Shown: positions 41,284 to 50,111, counted from the stretch's first letter. The stretch: DNA of 64,000 nt from Bacteroidota bacterium (GCA_037127735.1 JBAXXU010000004.1:786-64785), one strand, 5' to 3'. Program-made: numbers and translations. Notes: generated by a model from the letters alone, not told the origin.

Positions 41284-41556
41284 TTACTTATTTCTATTAT
41301 ACAAACCTTTGGGTTCTTCAACCAAATCAGCTGAAATTTCTGGAACAAACGATTTACAGCCTATAGCTAGCAAACATTGTATCAAAAAAGCAGCACTAAA
41401 TGTTCCTCTACTTATTTTACTATCAATGCTAGCTTTTGTCTCTATAACATTAATTTCAGCAAGTAGTTCAACCAACTGATCATGACTAATGCCTCTCCGA
41501 ACTAATTCAGATCTCAGCAGTCGTTTAGCTTTATCGTTCCAATCAATTGAGTTCAT
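41284..41556 (-). CDS. Small helix-turn-helix-like protein, possible R-M controller
   Basis: 90 aa. LLRSELVRRGISHDQLVELL is HTH-like. It lies immediately upstream of and co-oriented with the methyltransferase. Confidence 0.45.
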   Translation of the reverse strand: MNSIDWNDKAKRLLRSELVRRGISHDQLVELLAEINVIETKASIDSKISRGTFSAAFLIQCLLAIGCKSFVPEISADLVEEPKGLYNRNK

Positions 41557-41578
41557 ATACCGGCGAATTTACCGGTAT
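41557..41578. promoter_or_regulatory. Inverted repeat ATACCGG-N8-CCGGTAT abutting the start codon of the HTH/methylase operon
   Basis: Read directly. It contains ACCGGC and ACCGGT, both RCCGGY-type sites. Confidence 0.5.
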
Positions 41579-42154
41579 ATTATCACATATGCAAATATTT
41601 TAACGCATTTTATAAACATTTTTCAACTTTATTTAACTTTATTTTTAAAAAATCTCTGTCAGGCACATTTGGCATTCGCTCAATGCCCTCGCATTAACCA
41701 AAAATGCCAAACGAGTCTTTAATTTTACACATCATGACAATAGTCTAAATCTATTAATAATCCATTGACCCCGGGACAATTCAGGATTTAAATGAATGCC
41801 TGCATACAACACGGACAATAAAGGTAAGTTGTTTGTCACACTTTTTGCTTTTGCTCCTGCACGCAAGACAGATTCGTAATTCCTTATACCGCGATCGTGC
41901 CAGTGCCCACCAATAACATTGTAACCGGGGATAAATTCGCGGCTCCGATCAAACTTGTACCGCGTCACTCGTATAACTCGCAAAACTTGTACCTGGTCGG
42001 CAAAAAGTGCGCCATACCCTCCTTGCACAGTGCCAGTTTCTCGGCTAAAGTACCAGGACCCAACCCGGTACTTGCATCGGGTAACACAACCTCCCTTTAT
42101 TGCCGGGCTGTTAATGTTAATTAATCAGCTCCCTGCACATTAGACAAATTTCTT

Positions 42155-43132
42155 TTGCAACGTAAAGGCAAAAGATGGGATGGGGTTCCATTACCAAATA
42201 TTTCTGTTGCAGAATTAAAGCAAGAGTCATTTGATTTTTTTCGCAAAAGAGCACTTAAAAGCCAACGAATTGAAGAAGATATATTGACAGATTCTAACGA
42301 ACTTCTTATTGAAAATCTTCAATTAAAAGAAAATGCGTTTCTAAAACGGGCAGCTATTTTACTGTTTCATCCTAAACCTGAAAAATTTATTACCGGGTCA
42401 TTCATTAAAATAGGTTTTTTTGAAACAGATGATGACCTGAAATTTCAGGACGAAATACACGGTAATCTATTTGAACAGATTGAAAAGGCAATGGATTTAC
42501 TTTTTACCAAATACATTAAAGCCGAAATAAGTTACGAGGGTATTAGTAGAGTCGAAAAATATGAATATCCGAAAGATGCGGTTCGTGAAGCTCTGTTAAA
42601 TGCTATTGCTCACAAAGACTATTCAGGAGGTGTGCCCATACAGATTAGTGTTTACAACGACAAAATCATTTTTTGGAACGAAGGTCAATTACCGGAGAAT
42701 TGGACAATTGAAAGTCTTTTGACCAAACATCCATCAAAACCCTATAAACCTGATATTGCCAACGCCCTTTTCAGAAGCGGTTACATTGAATCGTGGGGAC
42801 GTGGAACTTTAAAGATGATTAAAGAATGTATTGACGCTGGTTTACCTAAACCTTTGTACTACTACGACATGTCGGGCTTTTTTGTGGAGTTTAGAAAAGA
42901 CATATTCAGTGAGAAATATCTTAAATCTCTTGGATTAAATGATCGGCAGGAAAAAGCAATTATATTCATTAAAGAAAAAGGTAAAATTTCGAATAGTGAG
43001 TATCAGGATCTAAACAATGTATCTAAGGCCACAGCTACAAGAGATTTATCAGAACTTGTTGAGAAATATGAAATTTTAAGAAGAGCCGGTGACATTGGGG
43101 CTGGAACTAATTATGTTTTGATTGGCTCATAA
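42155..43132 (+). pseudogene. N-terminally truncated AlbA_2/HATPase_c_4-type putative DNA-binding ATPase (often mis-annotated RecG-like)
   Basis: The reading frame opens only at 42125, with no ATG; the track uses TTG. The sequence begins in the linker (GKRWDGVPL). The usual about 120-aa N-terminal AlbA_2 domain is absent. A C-terminal wHTH is present (NSEYQDLNNVSKATATRDLSELV). Confidence 0.5.
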
Positions 43133-43180
43133 TTGGCTCAATTGGCTCATAATGGGCTCATAATTGGCTCAATTGCATCA
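43121..43180 (+). repeat. TTGGCTCA tandem array, period 9/11, 5-6 copies
   Basis: ATTGGCTCATA ATTGGCTCA ATTGGCTCATA ATGGGCTCATA ATTGGCTCA ATTGCATCA, read directly. The first copy encodes the last codons and the TAA stop (43130-43132). Confidence 0.9.
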
Positions 43181-43693
43181 CACATTAGTTTGCAAGCATC
43201 CCGAAAGCTTTCGGGACCAAAGCCCCACGATCCAACGCTGCAACCAAAACTTTGTCAAAGAACTTGCAAAACCGTAAAGGGGGGAATTTTTAAATTTTCC
43301 TCCCTCACGCCTCCCTAAGAAAGTAATCAACAACATGACAATTTACTGGACTCCAGATGAAGTCGGCAGCCCAGACTACTTATCAATCTGCCCCTCTCTA
43401 TACGAGTAAAATCATCTCAATTTATCAAATCTTGTGGCACCCGGACTAATCCTGCTACCGTGACAAAGTCAATAGGGCTGCTCGCCTTCGCTACTGCCTT
43501 CGGCGAACAAAGCCGGCCGACCAACCCTGACACTATTTTGGCACATTTGCTTTTGAACGAAACATAACCCGGTGCACATGCAAACGCAAAAGAACCAAAT
43601 TATGTCGTTTTTTTCATTAAATTTGTTCCTCAACTTAAGATAAAATGATAACATTTCCTGATGTTTCTATAACAAATAAAATCTGATATCATT

Positions 43694-45883
43694 ATGGCAA
43701 TTGATGTTAGAACACTTGTTTTAATTATAGGTATTTCTCATCTGCTGCAGGTGTTAGTGCTTTTCAACCAATATAAAGCAAACAAAAATTTGCTGGGACC
43801 CGGGTGGTGGCTGATGTGGAGCTCTGCAGAGGCTTTGGGTTTTATCCTAATTCTTCTGAGAAGTATTCCATCCCTTATTCCGATGGTGATTATATTTCAA
43901 GATATAGTAATATTTTCCGGAACAATTTTTATATATATAGGGATAGTTCGGTTTTTTAATAAGAAAGTAAATTTAAAGCTCATTACTTATTTTTTCGTCA
44001 GTTTTGTAATACTGCATCTTTTTTTCTTTTTTGTTAAAAATGATATTTTAATACGCACTTTAATTTTCGATGCTTACCTTTCTGTGATTGCTTTTTTGAC
44101 TGCAATATTCATATATAAAAATAAAACCAGTTCAATAGCTTTAGCTGCAAATTTTAACATAGTAATATTTATTGTGCATGGTATCATTTTTTGCTTTCGG
44201 TTCATTATGATCCTATTCGGCTCTACCGTCTTTGAAATGTTCTCTCCAACGTTGTTTAACCTTCTTCAGTATTTTGATGGTCTCATTGTAGGGCTCCTAT
44301 GGACTTTTGGCTTTATAATTATGTTAAACCAAAAATTGAACGCGGAAATCTCCGAGGTAAAAGTGCATTTCGAACAGATTTTCAATACAAGTCCCGATGC
44401 AGTAGTAATTTCCCGCTTAAGTGATGGTATGTTTGTAGAATGTAATGAAGGCTTTACAAAAATATCAGGATATACAAAAAAAGAAATTTTAGACAAATCA
44501 TCTCTTGATATAAATATATGGAAAAATCCTTCAGACCGGTTTGAAGTGGTAAAAATGATTAAGATAAAAGGATCTTATGAAAATTTTGAATTTCCTTTTC
44601 AACGAAAAGGTGGAGAAGTGATTACCGGGTTAATGTCAGGGAAGATTTTGACTCTCAAAGGGATACCTCATATTATCAGTGTTACACGTGACATAAGTGA
44701 TCGCAAGATTGCGGATCAAGTCATTAAACTTAAAAATGAAGAACTAATAAAACTCAATCTCGAAAAAGATAAATTTTTCTCCATAATTGCCCACGACTTA
44801 CGCGGCCCGTTCAGTGGATTTCTGGGGCAAACACAAATTATGGCTGAAGACTCACATAGCCTGACAATGTTGGAGGTTAAAGAGTTTGCAGTGAGTTTGA
44901 ACAAGTCAGCTGACAGCCTTTACCGATTGCTCAACAACCTTTTGGAATGGTCGCAAATTCAAAAAGGATCAGTTGTTTTCACACCTGCGGCCATTCAATT
45001 GCGTTCTTTGGTTGATGAAAGCATGGTTATGATAATCGAATCCGCCAAAACCAAGGGAATTGAAATAAATTACGATATTCGGGATGATATAACAGTTTTT
45101 GCTGATAATAACATCCTGCAAACAGTGATCCGGAACCTTGTTTCCAATGCTGTTAAGTTTACTCCCAGGAATGGCAAAATTGATCTTTCTGCTAAAACCT
45201 TAAGTGATAAAAGTATTGAAATATGCGTTAGGGATTCAGGTATTGGAATAAACCCTTCTATGGTTGATGATTTATTCAGACTCGATGTTCAAACAAACAG
45301 AAAAGGGACCGAGGGTGAGCCCAGCTCAGGATTGGGGCTACTACTATGCAAAGAGTTTATTGAAAAACATGGTGGCAAAATTTGGGTAGAAAGTGAAGAG
45401 GGGATTGGTTCAGCCTTTTATTTCACTTTGCCATACCATGTTAAACCTGAAGAAAAATTTCTGACTAAAAACGCTATTCCTGATGATGGAGCAGAACGAA
45501 AAATGAATCCCGAAGTTGCAGGACTGAAAATACTCATTGTCGAAGATGATAAAGCATCGGAAATACTTATTTCAAAAATGGTCGAAATGGTTGGAAGAGA
45601 AATACTAAAAGTAAGAACCGGTATTGAAGCCGTAGAAGCGTGCCATAATAACCCTGACCTGAATTTAATTCTGATGGATATTCAAATGCCCGGCTTAAAC
45701 GGATACGAAGCTACACGTCAAATCAGGCAGTTTAACAAAAATGTTGTTATTATAGCACAGACAGCTTATGCCCAAACCGGTGACAGAGAAAAGTCAATAG
45801 CAGAGGGCTGCAACGATTATATTGCCAAACCCATTTTAAAAGATGAATTATTGGCATTAATACAAAAATATTTCAAGGAATAA
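43694..45883 (+). CDS. Hybrid sensor histidine kinase/response regulator (membrane sensor, PAS, HisKA, HATPase, REC)
   Basis: It has about 6 N-terminal TM helices and a PAS region (FNTSPDAVVISR). H-box FFSIIAHDLRGP, GLGLLLCKEFIEKHGG, and REC (ILIVEDD...LMDIQMPGLNG...AKP) are present. Confidence 0.9.
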   Translation: MAIDVRTLVLIIGISHLLQVLVLFNQYKANKNLLGPGWWLMWSSAEALGFILILLRSIPSLIPMVIIFQDIVIFSGTIFIYIGIVRFFNKKVNLKLITYFFVSFVILHLFFFFVKNDILIRTLIFDAYLSVIAFLTAIFIYKNKTSSIALAANFNIVIFIVHGIIFCFRFIMILFGSTVFEMFSPTLFNLLQYFDGLIVGLLWTFGFIIMLNQKLNAEISEVKVHFEQIFNTSPDAVVISRLSDGMFVECNEGFTKISGYTKKEILDKSSLDINIWKNPSDRFEVVKMIKIKGSYENFEFPFQRKGGEVITGLMSGKILTLKGIPHIISVTRDISDRKIADQVIKLKNEELIKLNLEKDKFFSIIAHDLRGPFSGFLGQTQIMAEDSHSLTMLEVKEFAVSLNKSADSLYRLLNNLLEWSQIQKGSVVFTPAAIQLRSLVDESMVMIIESAKTKGIEINYDIRDDITVFADNNILQTVIRNLVSNAVKFTPRNGKIDLSAKTLSDKSIEICVRDSGIGINPSMVDDLFRLDVQTNRKGTEGEPSSGLGLLLCKEFIEKHGGKIWVESEEGIGSAFYFTLPYHVKPEEKFLTKNAIPDDGAERKMNPEVAGLKILIVEDDKASEILISKMVEMVGREILKVRTGIEAVEACHNNPDLNLILMDIQMPGLNGYEATRQIRQFNKNVVIIAQTAYAQTGDREKSIAEGCNDYIAKPILKDELLALIQKYFKE

Positions 45884-45900
45884 CTAATTAAAAACCTAAC

Positions 45901-46281
45901 ATGATAAAAACAAGACAAGATCATGAACAACCTGAATCGATAGTAAAATGGGGATGGAAATATCATCATTTGGGGATACCTACTGATAAAATAATGGCTG
46001 ATGAAACCTATTTACCCCAGTTAAAACTTTATGTATCAGGATTTAGTGAAAGTCCTTTTGGAATTGAGTGGATGCGATTTGAAAAGGATTCTCCAATTAA
46101 TAAATTGATTCAAACAGTACCACATATCGCTTTTGAAGTTGAAAATGTAAATTACGAATTAGCGACTCATGACTTAAAAGTGATTACAGAACCAAATTCT
46201 CCTACTGATAAGATAATTGTGGCGATGATTGAACACAATGGAGGTGTAATAGAATTGATTGAGTTTGTAAAAAACAAATAA
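45901..46281 (+). CDS. VOC/glyoxalase-fold small protein
   Basis: HHLGIPT...PHIAFEV...IELIEF is the pattern of the vicinal-oxygen-chelate fold. This is a weak call. Confidence 0.45.
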   Translation: MIKTRQDHEQPESIVKWGWKYHHLGIPTDKIMADETYLPQLKLYVSGFSESPFGIEWMRFEKDSPINKLIQTVPHIAFEVENVNYELATHDLKVITEPNSPTDKIIVAMIEHNGGVIELIEFVKNK

Positions 46282-46285
46282 ACTA

Positions 46286-47254
46286 TCAAAACAGATCTTC
46301 AAGCACCATTGAATAAATATCTTCGAGAGGAATTCCAGCGGCTTCAGCCTGTTTCGGGACCAGACTTTCTTTTGTCATTCCCGGAACGGTGTTGATCTCA
46401 AGAAAGAATGGCTTTCCCTTGATCACAATAAAATCAACCCTTACAATGCCTTTACAGCCAAGAAGATCATACACGAGTGAGCTGAGTCTTTGGATCTCTT
46501 CTGTTACGCTTGCAGGCATATTGGCAGGGGTGACCTCATTCGATTTCCCTGGAGTATATTTTGCTTCGTAATCGAAAAACTCATTTTTACTTATAATCTC
46601 AGTTACAGGAAGTATAATTGCTTTCTTTTTCGTTTTCACAACGCCGCAAGCTACCTCTCTTCCATCCATAAAAACTTCAATCAGCGCTTCGTTGCTCTCC
46701 TTAAATGCTGAATCAATAGCCGGCAGTAACTCCTCTTCCGTTTTAACCTTTGTCACTCCAAAACTCGACCCGCTGTCATTTGGCTTAACAAAGCACGGTA
46801 GTCCTACCTGCTTAATAATGCTTTTATTATCTGTTTTTTCTCCTTTTCTTATCAGGATAGCATCAACCATTGGAATCTTATACTCCTTCAGAAAGAGTTT
46901 GCACGCCTGTTTATTAAATGTGAGGGCAGAGCAGAATGCTGAGCAACTTGTATAAGGAATACCCATCATATCAAAATAACCCTGCAGCAGGCCATTCTCC
47001 CCTGGTGTACCATGTATTGCAATGAATACTGCATTGAATTTTATCTTGTATTCATCGGTAAGAAGAGTGAAATCATTCTTGTCAATATTATGATAACGGC
47101 CATTCTGATCTTCCCAGTACCAGTTGGTTCCCCGGATCATTATTATATAAACTATATATCCGTATGATAGTATTTTACCAACTTCATTTGCACTTTTTAC
47201 CGAGATCTCAAATTCAGAGGAGTCACCTCCTGCTACTATTGCAATTGTTTTCAT
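46286..47254 (-). CDS. ddl: D-alanine--D-alanine ligase
   Basis: IAIVAGGDSSEFEISVKS, IHGTPGENGLLQG, FVKPNDSGSSFG and FLEINTVPGMT are present. Confidence 0.9.
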   Translation of the reverse strand: MKTIAIVAGGDSSEFEISVKSANEVGKILSYGYIVYIIMIRGTNWYWEDQNGRYHNIDKNDFTLLTDEYKIKFNAVFIAIHGTPGENGLLQGYFDMMGIPYTSCSAFCSALTFNKQACKLFLKEYKIPMVDAILIRKGEKTDNKSIIKQVGLPCFVKPNDSGSSFGVTKVKTEEELLPAIDSAFKESNEALIEVFMDGREVACGVVKTKKKAIILPVTEIISKNEFFDYEAKYTPGKSNEVTPANMPASVTEEIQRLSSLVYDLLGCKGIVRVDFIVIKGKPFFLEINTVPGMTKESLVPKQAEAAGIPLEDIYSMVLEDLF

Positions 47255-47275
47255 ATTGCTTTATTAATATCGCTA

Positions 47276-47283
47276 CAAATTTA
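47276..47283 (-). promoter_or_regulatory. Candidate -7 box (TAAATTTG on minus strand) for ddl
   Basis: The plus strand reads CAAATTTA, 21 nt upstream of the minus-strand start at 47254. Confidence 0.35.
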
Positions 47284-47327
47284 ATTAAATATGGGAATTA
47301 TTTTAGAAATCCATAACTGCAGAGGTA

Positions 47328-47354
47328 GCAAAGATATTGCAAAGATCGCAAAAA
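47328..47354. repeat. GCAAAGA motif x3 (period 11/9) with weak inverted partner CCTTGC..CTTTGC at 47413-47426
   Basis: Read directly. It lies in the ddl/lemA divergent intergenic region. Confidence 0.7.
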
Positions 47355-47479
47355 GAATTTCTTCAGTATTAAGAGTTATTTTAGGGTCGGTTTAATATTA
47401 TTAAGTTGGTTTCCTTGCTGCTTTGCAGAAACTTCAAAACCTTTATGGTTAAAATTTATTTAAGCTTCGAATTAAGTAT

Positions 47480-47487
47480 TACCTTTG
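47480..47487 (+). promoter_or_regulatory. Candidate -7 box (TACCTTTG) for lemA
   Basis: Matches TAnnTTTG 23 nt upstream of ATG 47511. Confidence 0.4.
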
Positions 47488-47510
47488 ATGAAATTTAAAA
47501 AACCATAAAA

Positions 47511-48113
47511 ATGAAAAAAGGGTGTTTGATTTCAATTATAGTTGGTGCATTTCTTGCGCTTGTTGTAGTAAGTTTAGTGATCTGGGGCACAAGAGTTTAT
47601 AACGGAATGGTAACTCTGAACGAAGGTGTAACCAGTCAGTGGGGTAATGTTGAAACATCATATCAGCGCAGATCGGACCTTATTCCCAACTTCGTAAATA
47701 CTGTTAAGGGCGCTGCCAATTTTGAACAGACTACACTTACTCAGGTTATTGAAGCCAGGGCTAAAGCTACTTCAGTAACAATTGACCCTTCAAAGATGAC
47801 TGCAGAAAACATGCAACAGTTCCAGCAGGCGCAGGGACAGGTTTCCTCAGCTCTGGGAAGACTGATGGTAGTTATGGAACAATATCCCGAGCTTAAGGCT
47901 ACTCAGAATTTCAGGGACCTTCAGATAGAACTTGAAGGTACAGAAAACAGGATCTCAGTTGAAAGAAGAAAGTTCAATGAAGTGGCCCAGGTTTACAATA
48001 CCTATATCAAAAGGTTCCCCCAGAATTTTATTGCCGGAATGTCCGGTTTTCAGGCTAAACCTTATTTTGAGGCTCTTGAAGGGGCTGAGAAGGCGCCGGA
48101 AGTTAAATTTTAA
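47511..48113 (+). CDS. lemA: LemA family protein
   Basis: It has an N-terminal TM helix. NEGVTSQWGNVETSYQRRSDLIPNFVNTVKG and YPELKA..NF are present. Confidence 0.9.
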   Translation: MKKGCLISIIVGAFLALVVVSLVIWGTRVYNGMVTLNEGVTSQWGNVETSYQRRSDLIPNFVNTVKGAANFEQTTLTQVIEARAKATSVTIDPSKMTAENMQQFQQAQGQVSSALGRLMVVMEQYPELKATQNFRDLQIELEGTENRISVERRKFNEVAQVYNTYIKRFPQNFIAGMSGFQAKPYFEALEGAEKAPEVKF

Positions 48114-48133
48114 TTCTTATTTATAAATAATAA

Positions 48134-48583
48134 ATGAAAGCTTCATCGTTCTTTTCAAAGGAACAACAGGCACTGATTCTTGCATCTGTCAGAGAGGCCG
48201 AAATGGCAACTTCAGGTGAGATTCGGGTTCATATTGAAACCTCATTTACAGGTGATGTACTCGACAGAGCTGCCTGGATATTCAAAAAGCTTGGGATGAA
48301 CAAAACTGCCGACCGTAACGGAGTACTCTTCTATCTTGCAGTAACCGACAGAAAGTTCGCCATCATTGGAGATGCAGGTATCAATGCAAAAGTTCCTGCA
48401 GGTTTCTGGGATGAGATAAGCGCACTTCTTCAAAAAAATTTCAGGGAAGGGAAATTCACGGAAGGGCTTTCGGAAGGAATTGTGCTTGCCGGCAAACAGC
48501 TTAAGACTCATTTCCCTTATAGTAAGGATGATGTAAACGAACTGCCCGATGAGATTTCATTCGATAAAATTAAGGGAGAGTAA
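48134..48583 (+). CDS. TPM-domain protein (TLP18.3/Psb32/MOLO-1 phosphatase family)
   Basis: SGEIRVHIE, NGVLFYLAV.DRKFAIIGD and the LemA-TPM-TPM gene order are typical. Confidence 0.75.
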   Translation: MKASSFFSKEQQALILASVREAEMATSGEIRVHIETSFTGDVLDRAAWIFKKLGMNKTADRNGVLFYLAVTDRKFAIIGDAGINAKVPAGFWDEISALLQKNFREGKFTEGLSEGIVLAGKQLKTHFPYSKDDVNELPDEISFDKIKGE

Positions 48584-49404
48584 TGGCAATGAAAAGAAAA
48601 AGTTTGTATTTACTAACCCTGGCTGTTCTTTTTTGCACTATTTCAATCAGCGGAGTTTTTTCACAGAATATTCCTGACAGGCCGGTTCCTCAAAGGCTGG
48701 TAAATGATTTCGCGGGGTTACTTAATGCACAGGAAGCAGGTTTACTTGAAGGGAAGCTGGTGGCTTTCAACGACTCAACATCAACACAGATTGCTATCGT
48801 AATTGTCCCATCTCTTGACGGATATGATAAATCGGACTATGCACAGCGATTAGCAGAGAAATGGGGCGTTGGTCAGAAAGGTCTGAATAATGGAGTCATC
48901 GTTCTGGTTAAACCAAAAACTGCCGGTTCAAACGGAGAGGTCTTTATTGCCCAGGGTTATGGTCTCGAAGGAGCAATTCCTGATATTACATGCGGTGAGA
49001 TAGTTGATAAGGAGATACTGCCTGCCTTCAGGAACGGAGATTACTTTGGTGGGCTGAGTAATGCAACAAATACACTGATGTCGCTGGCAAGAGGTGAGTT
49101 TACGGCTGCACAATACGGACAATCGGCAAAGAAGAGTTCAGGGGGCGATGCACCTATCGGGCTTATTATTTTTATCGTTTTCATTATTGTAGCTATGATC
49201 TCCGGAAAATCGGGAGGATCGCGCAATAAAAACATCGGCAGTGGCGGGTTACCTTTCTGGTTATTATTGGGAATGATGGGCTCAGGAAGAGGATCTCATG
49301 GCGGAAGCTGGGGTGGATTTTCTGGTGGCGGTGGTGGAGGCGGCGGTTTCGGCGGCTTCGGAGGGGGCAGCTTTGGCGGTGGCGGTGCCGGCGGGAGCTG
49401 GTAG
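48583..49404 (+). CDS. TPM-domain protein (YgcG-like) with TM helix and Gly-rich tail
   Basis: It has a signal peptide. VNDFAGLL...TSTQIAIVIV...NNGVIVLV...GYGLEG are present, with a C-terminal GGGGGGFGGFGGG. A TAATG overlap links it to the preceding gene. Confidence 0.8.
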   Translation: MAMKRKSLYLLTLAVLFCTISISGVFSQNIPDRPVPQRLVNDFAGLLNAQEAGLLEGKLVAFNDSTSTQIAIVIVPSLDGYDKSDYAQRLAEKWGVGQKGLNNGVIVLVKPKTAGSNGEVFIAQGYGLEGAIPDITCGEIVDKEILPAFRNGDYFGGLSNATNTLMSLARGEFTAAQYGQSAKKSSGGDAPIGLIIFIVFIIVAMISGKSGGSRNKNIGSGGLPFWLLLGMMGSGRGSHGGSWGGFSGGGGGGGGFGGFGGGSFGGGGAGGSW

Positions 49405-49416
49405 CTTAAGGCATGG

Positions 49417-49444
49417 GGCGCAGGGCGCAGGGCGCAGGGCGCAG
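49417..49444 (+). repeat. GGCGCAG heptamer x4
   Basis: Read directly. It starts 13 nt after the TAG stop at 49402-49404. Confidence 0.95.
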
Positions 49445-49582
49445 GGTTCATCTTATAAACAAGTTAAAGGTAAGGTAAGTTAACGAAATTTATGTCTGGA
49501 CAGCCTCTGCGCAGGCAAGAGTTTTGCAGCCCATACTTGCAACCATCCCTTCACTGCCAAACACATGTTTTTTTGCCTACCC

Positions 49583-49760
49583 GGACTCCACCATATAGAG
49601 AATCTTATCATAATCCAAAATTTCTACCCCTTTACCAGGACTTTTTCCACCTTGACAAATTTATCAAAACACGATAATTCCTGCCAATCTACTGGGACTT
49701 TACCATATTGAAAACTTTATCATTCAATGACAACACCTGCCCTTAATCGGAACTTTAATA
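49583..49760 (+). repeat. About 3.5 degenerate tandem copies of a ~55-bp unit (GGACTTT..CCAYMTWTTGA.AA..TTATCA...CCTGCC)
   Basis: GGACT occurs at 49583, 49638 and 49695, and GGAACT at 49749. I aligned the units by eye. Confidence 0.65.
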
Positions 49761-49764
49761 TCAG

Positions 49765-50032
49765 GTGAAAGCACCGGTCACTGATTTGAACAACTTGCCA
49801 AGGCTGGTTCAATTGAATTATTTATTTTACGATAAAAACGGCAACAAAATTTCTGAGGATGACTACATTATAAAACCAGAAGGTTTTACAATTCCGGCGG
49901 AGGAATCAAGAATTCACGGGATTTCAAACGAGAAAACAATCCATGAGGGTAAAGCTCTTCGGACTGTCTTAACAAACGTTCTATATTTTGATTGATCAGG
50001 CAGAATATCTTGTTGTACATAATATAATATGA
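49765..50032 (+). pseudogene. Remnant of a DnaQ-like 3-prime-5-prime exonuclease gene
   Basis: LPRLVQLNYLFYDKNGN...IIKPEGFTIPAEESRIHGISNE matches the region after the Exo I motif. There is no DxE N-terminus (a stop lies 9 nt upstream). The frame breaks at 49995 and continues shifted as DQAEYLVVHNII before stopping. Confidence 0.6.
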
Positions 50033-50103
50033 TTCATTCGATGAATTAAATTCAAATTCGTCAAAATATATCCGTGAATATTTCACGGATAAGAATAAAA
50101 CAA

Positions 50104-50111
50104 TATCTTTG
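50104..50111 (+). promoter_or_regulatory. Candidate -7 box (TATCTTTG) for the ATPase/RloB pair
   Basis: Matches TAnnTTTG 25 nt upstream of ATG 50137. Confidence 0.4.

Noticed and set aside
41732-42028. 98-aa minus-strand ORF, briefly considered a metallophosphoesterase (GGHWHD) or FGE-sulfatase fragment.
   Set aside because: The motif order does not fit either family. It uses a GTG start inside a longer ATG-less open frame, and all strands are open because of local high GC. It is kept only as part of the GC-rich segment finding.
43469-43654. 61-aa minus-strand ORF, and the 61-aa plus-strand ORF at 43133-43318.
   Set aside because: They have Cys/Phe-rich low-complexity translations and no motif. 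One starts inside the TTGGCTCA array. They are most likely non-coding.
38501-43693. Considered calling the whole R-M / truncated-gene region a mobile element.
   Set aside because: I found no integrase, transposase, tRNA target or clear direct repeats at the edges. Only compositional and gene-content hints exist, so it is described as an accessory locus rather than annotated as a mobile element.
49298-49483. 61-aa alternative-frame ORF over the Gly-rich tail of the TPM protein and the GGCGCAG array.
   Set aside because: It is an out-of-frame reading of GGN repeats followed by the heptamer array (AQGAGRRAQG). It is an artefact of composition.
49583-49760. Possible CRISPR array suggested by regularly spaced repeats.
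   Set aside because: The period is only about 55 bp. The repeats are degenerate over their whole length rather than conserved repeats with unique spacers. No cas genes or leader are present.
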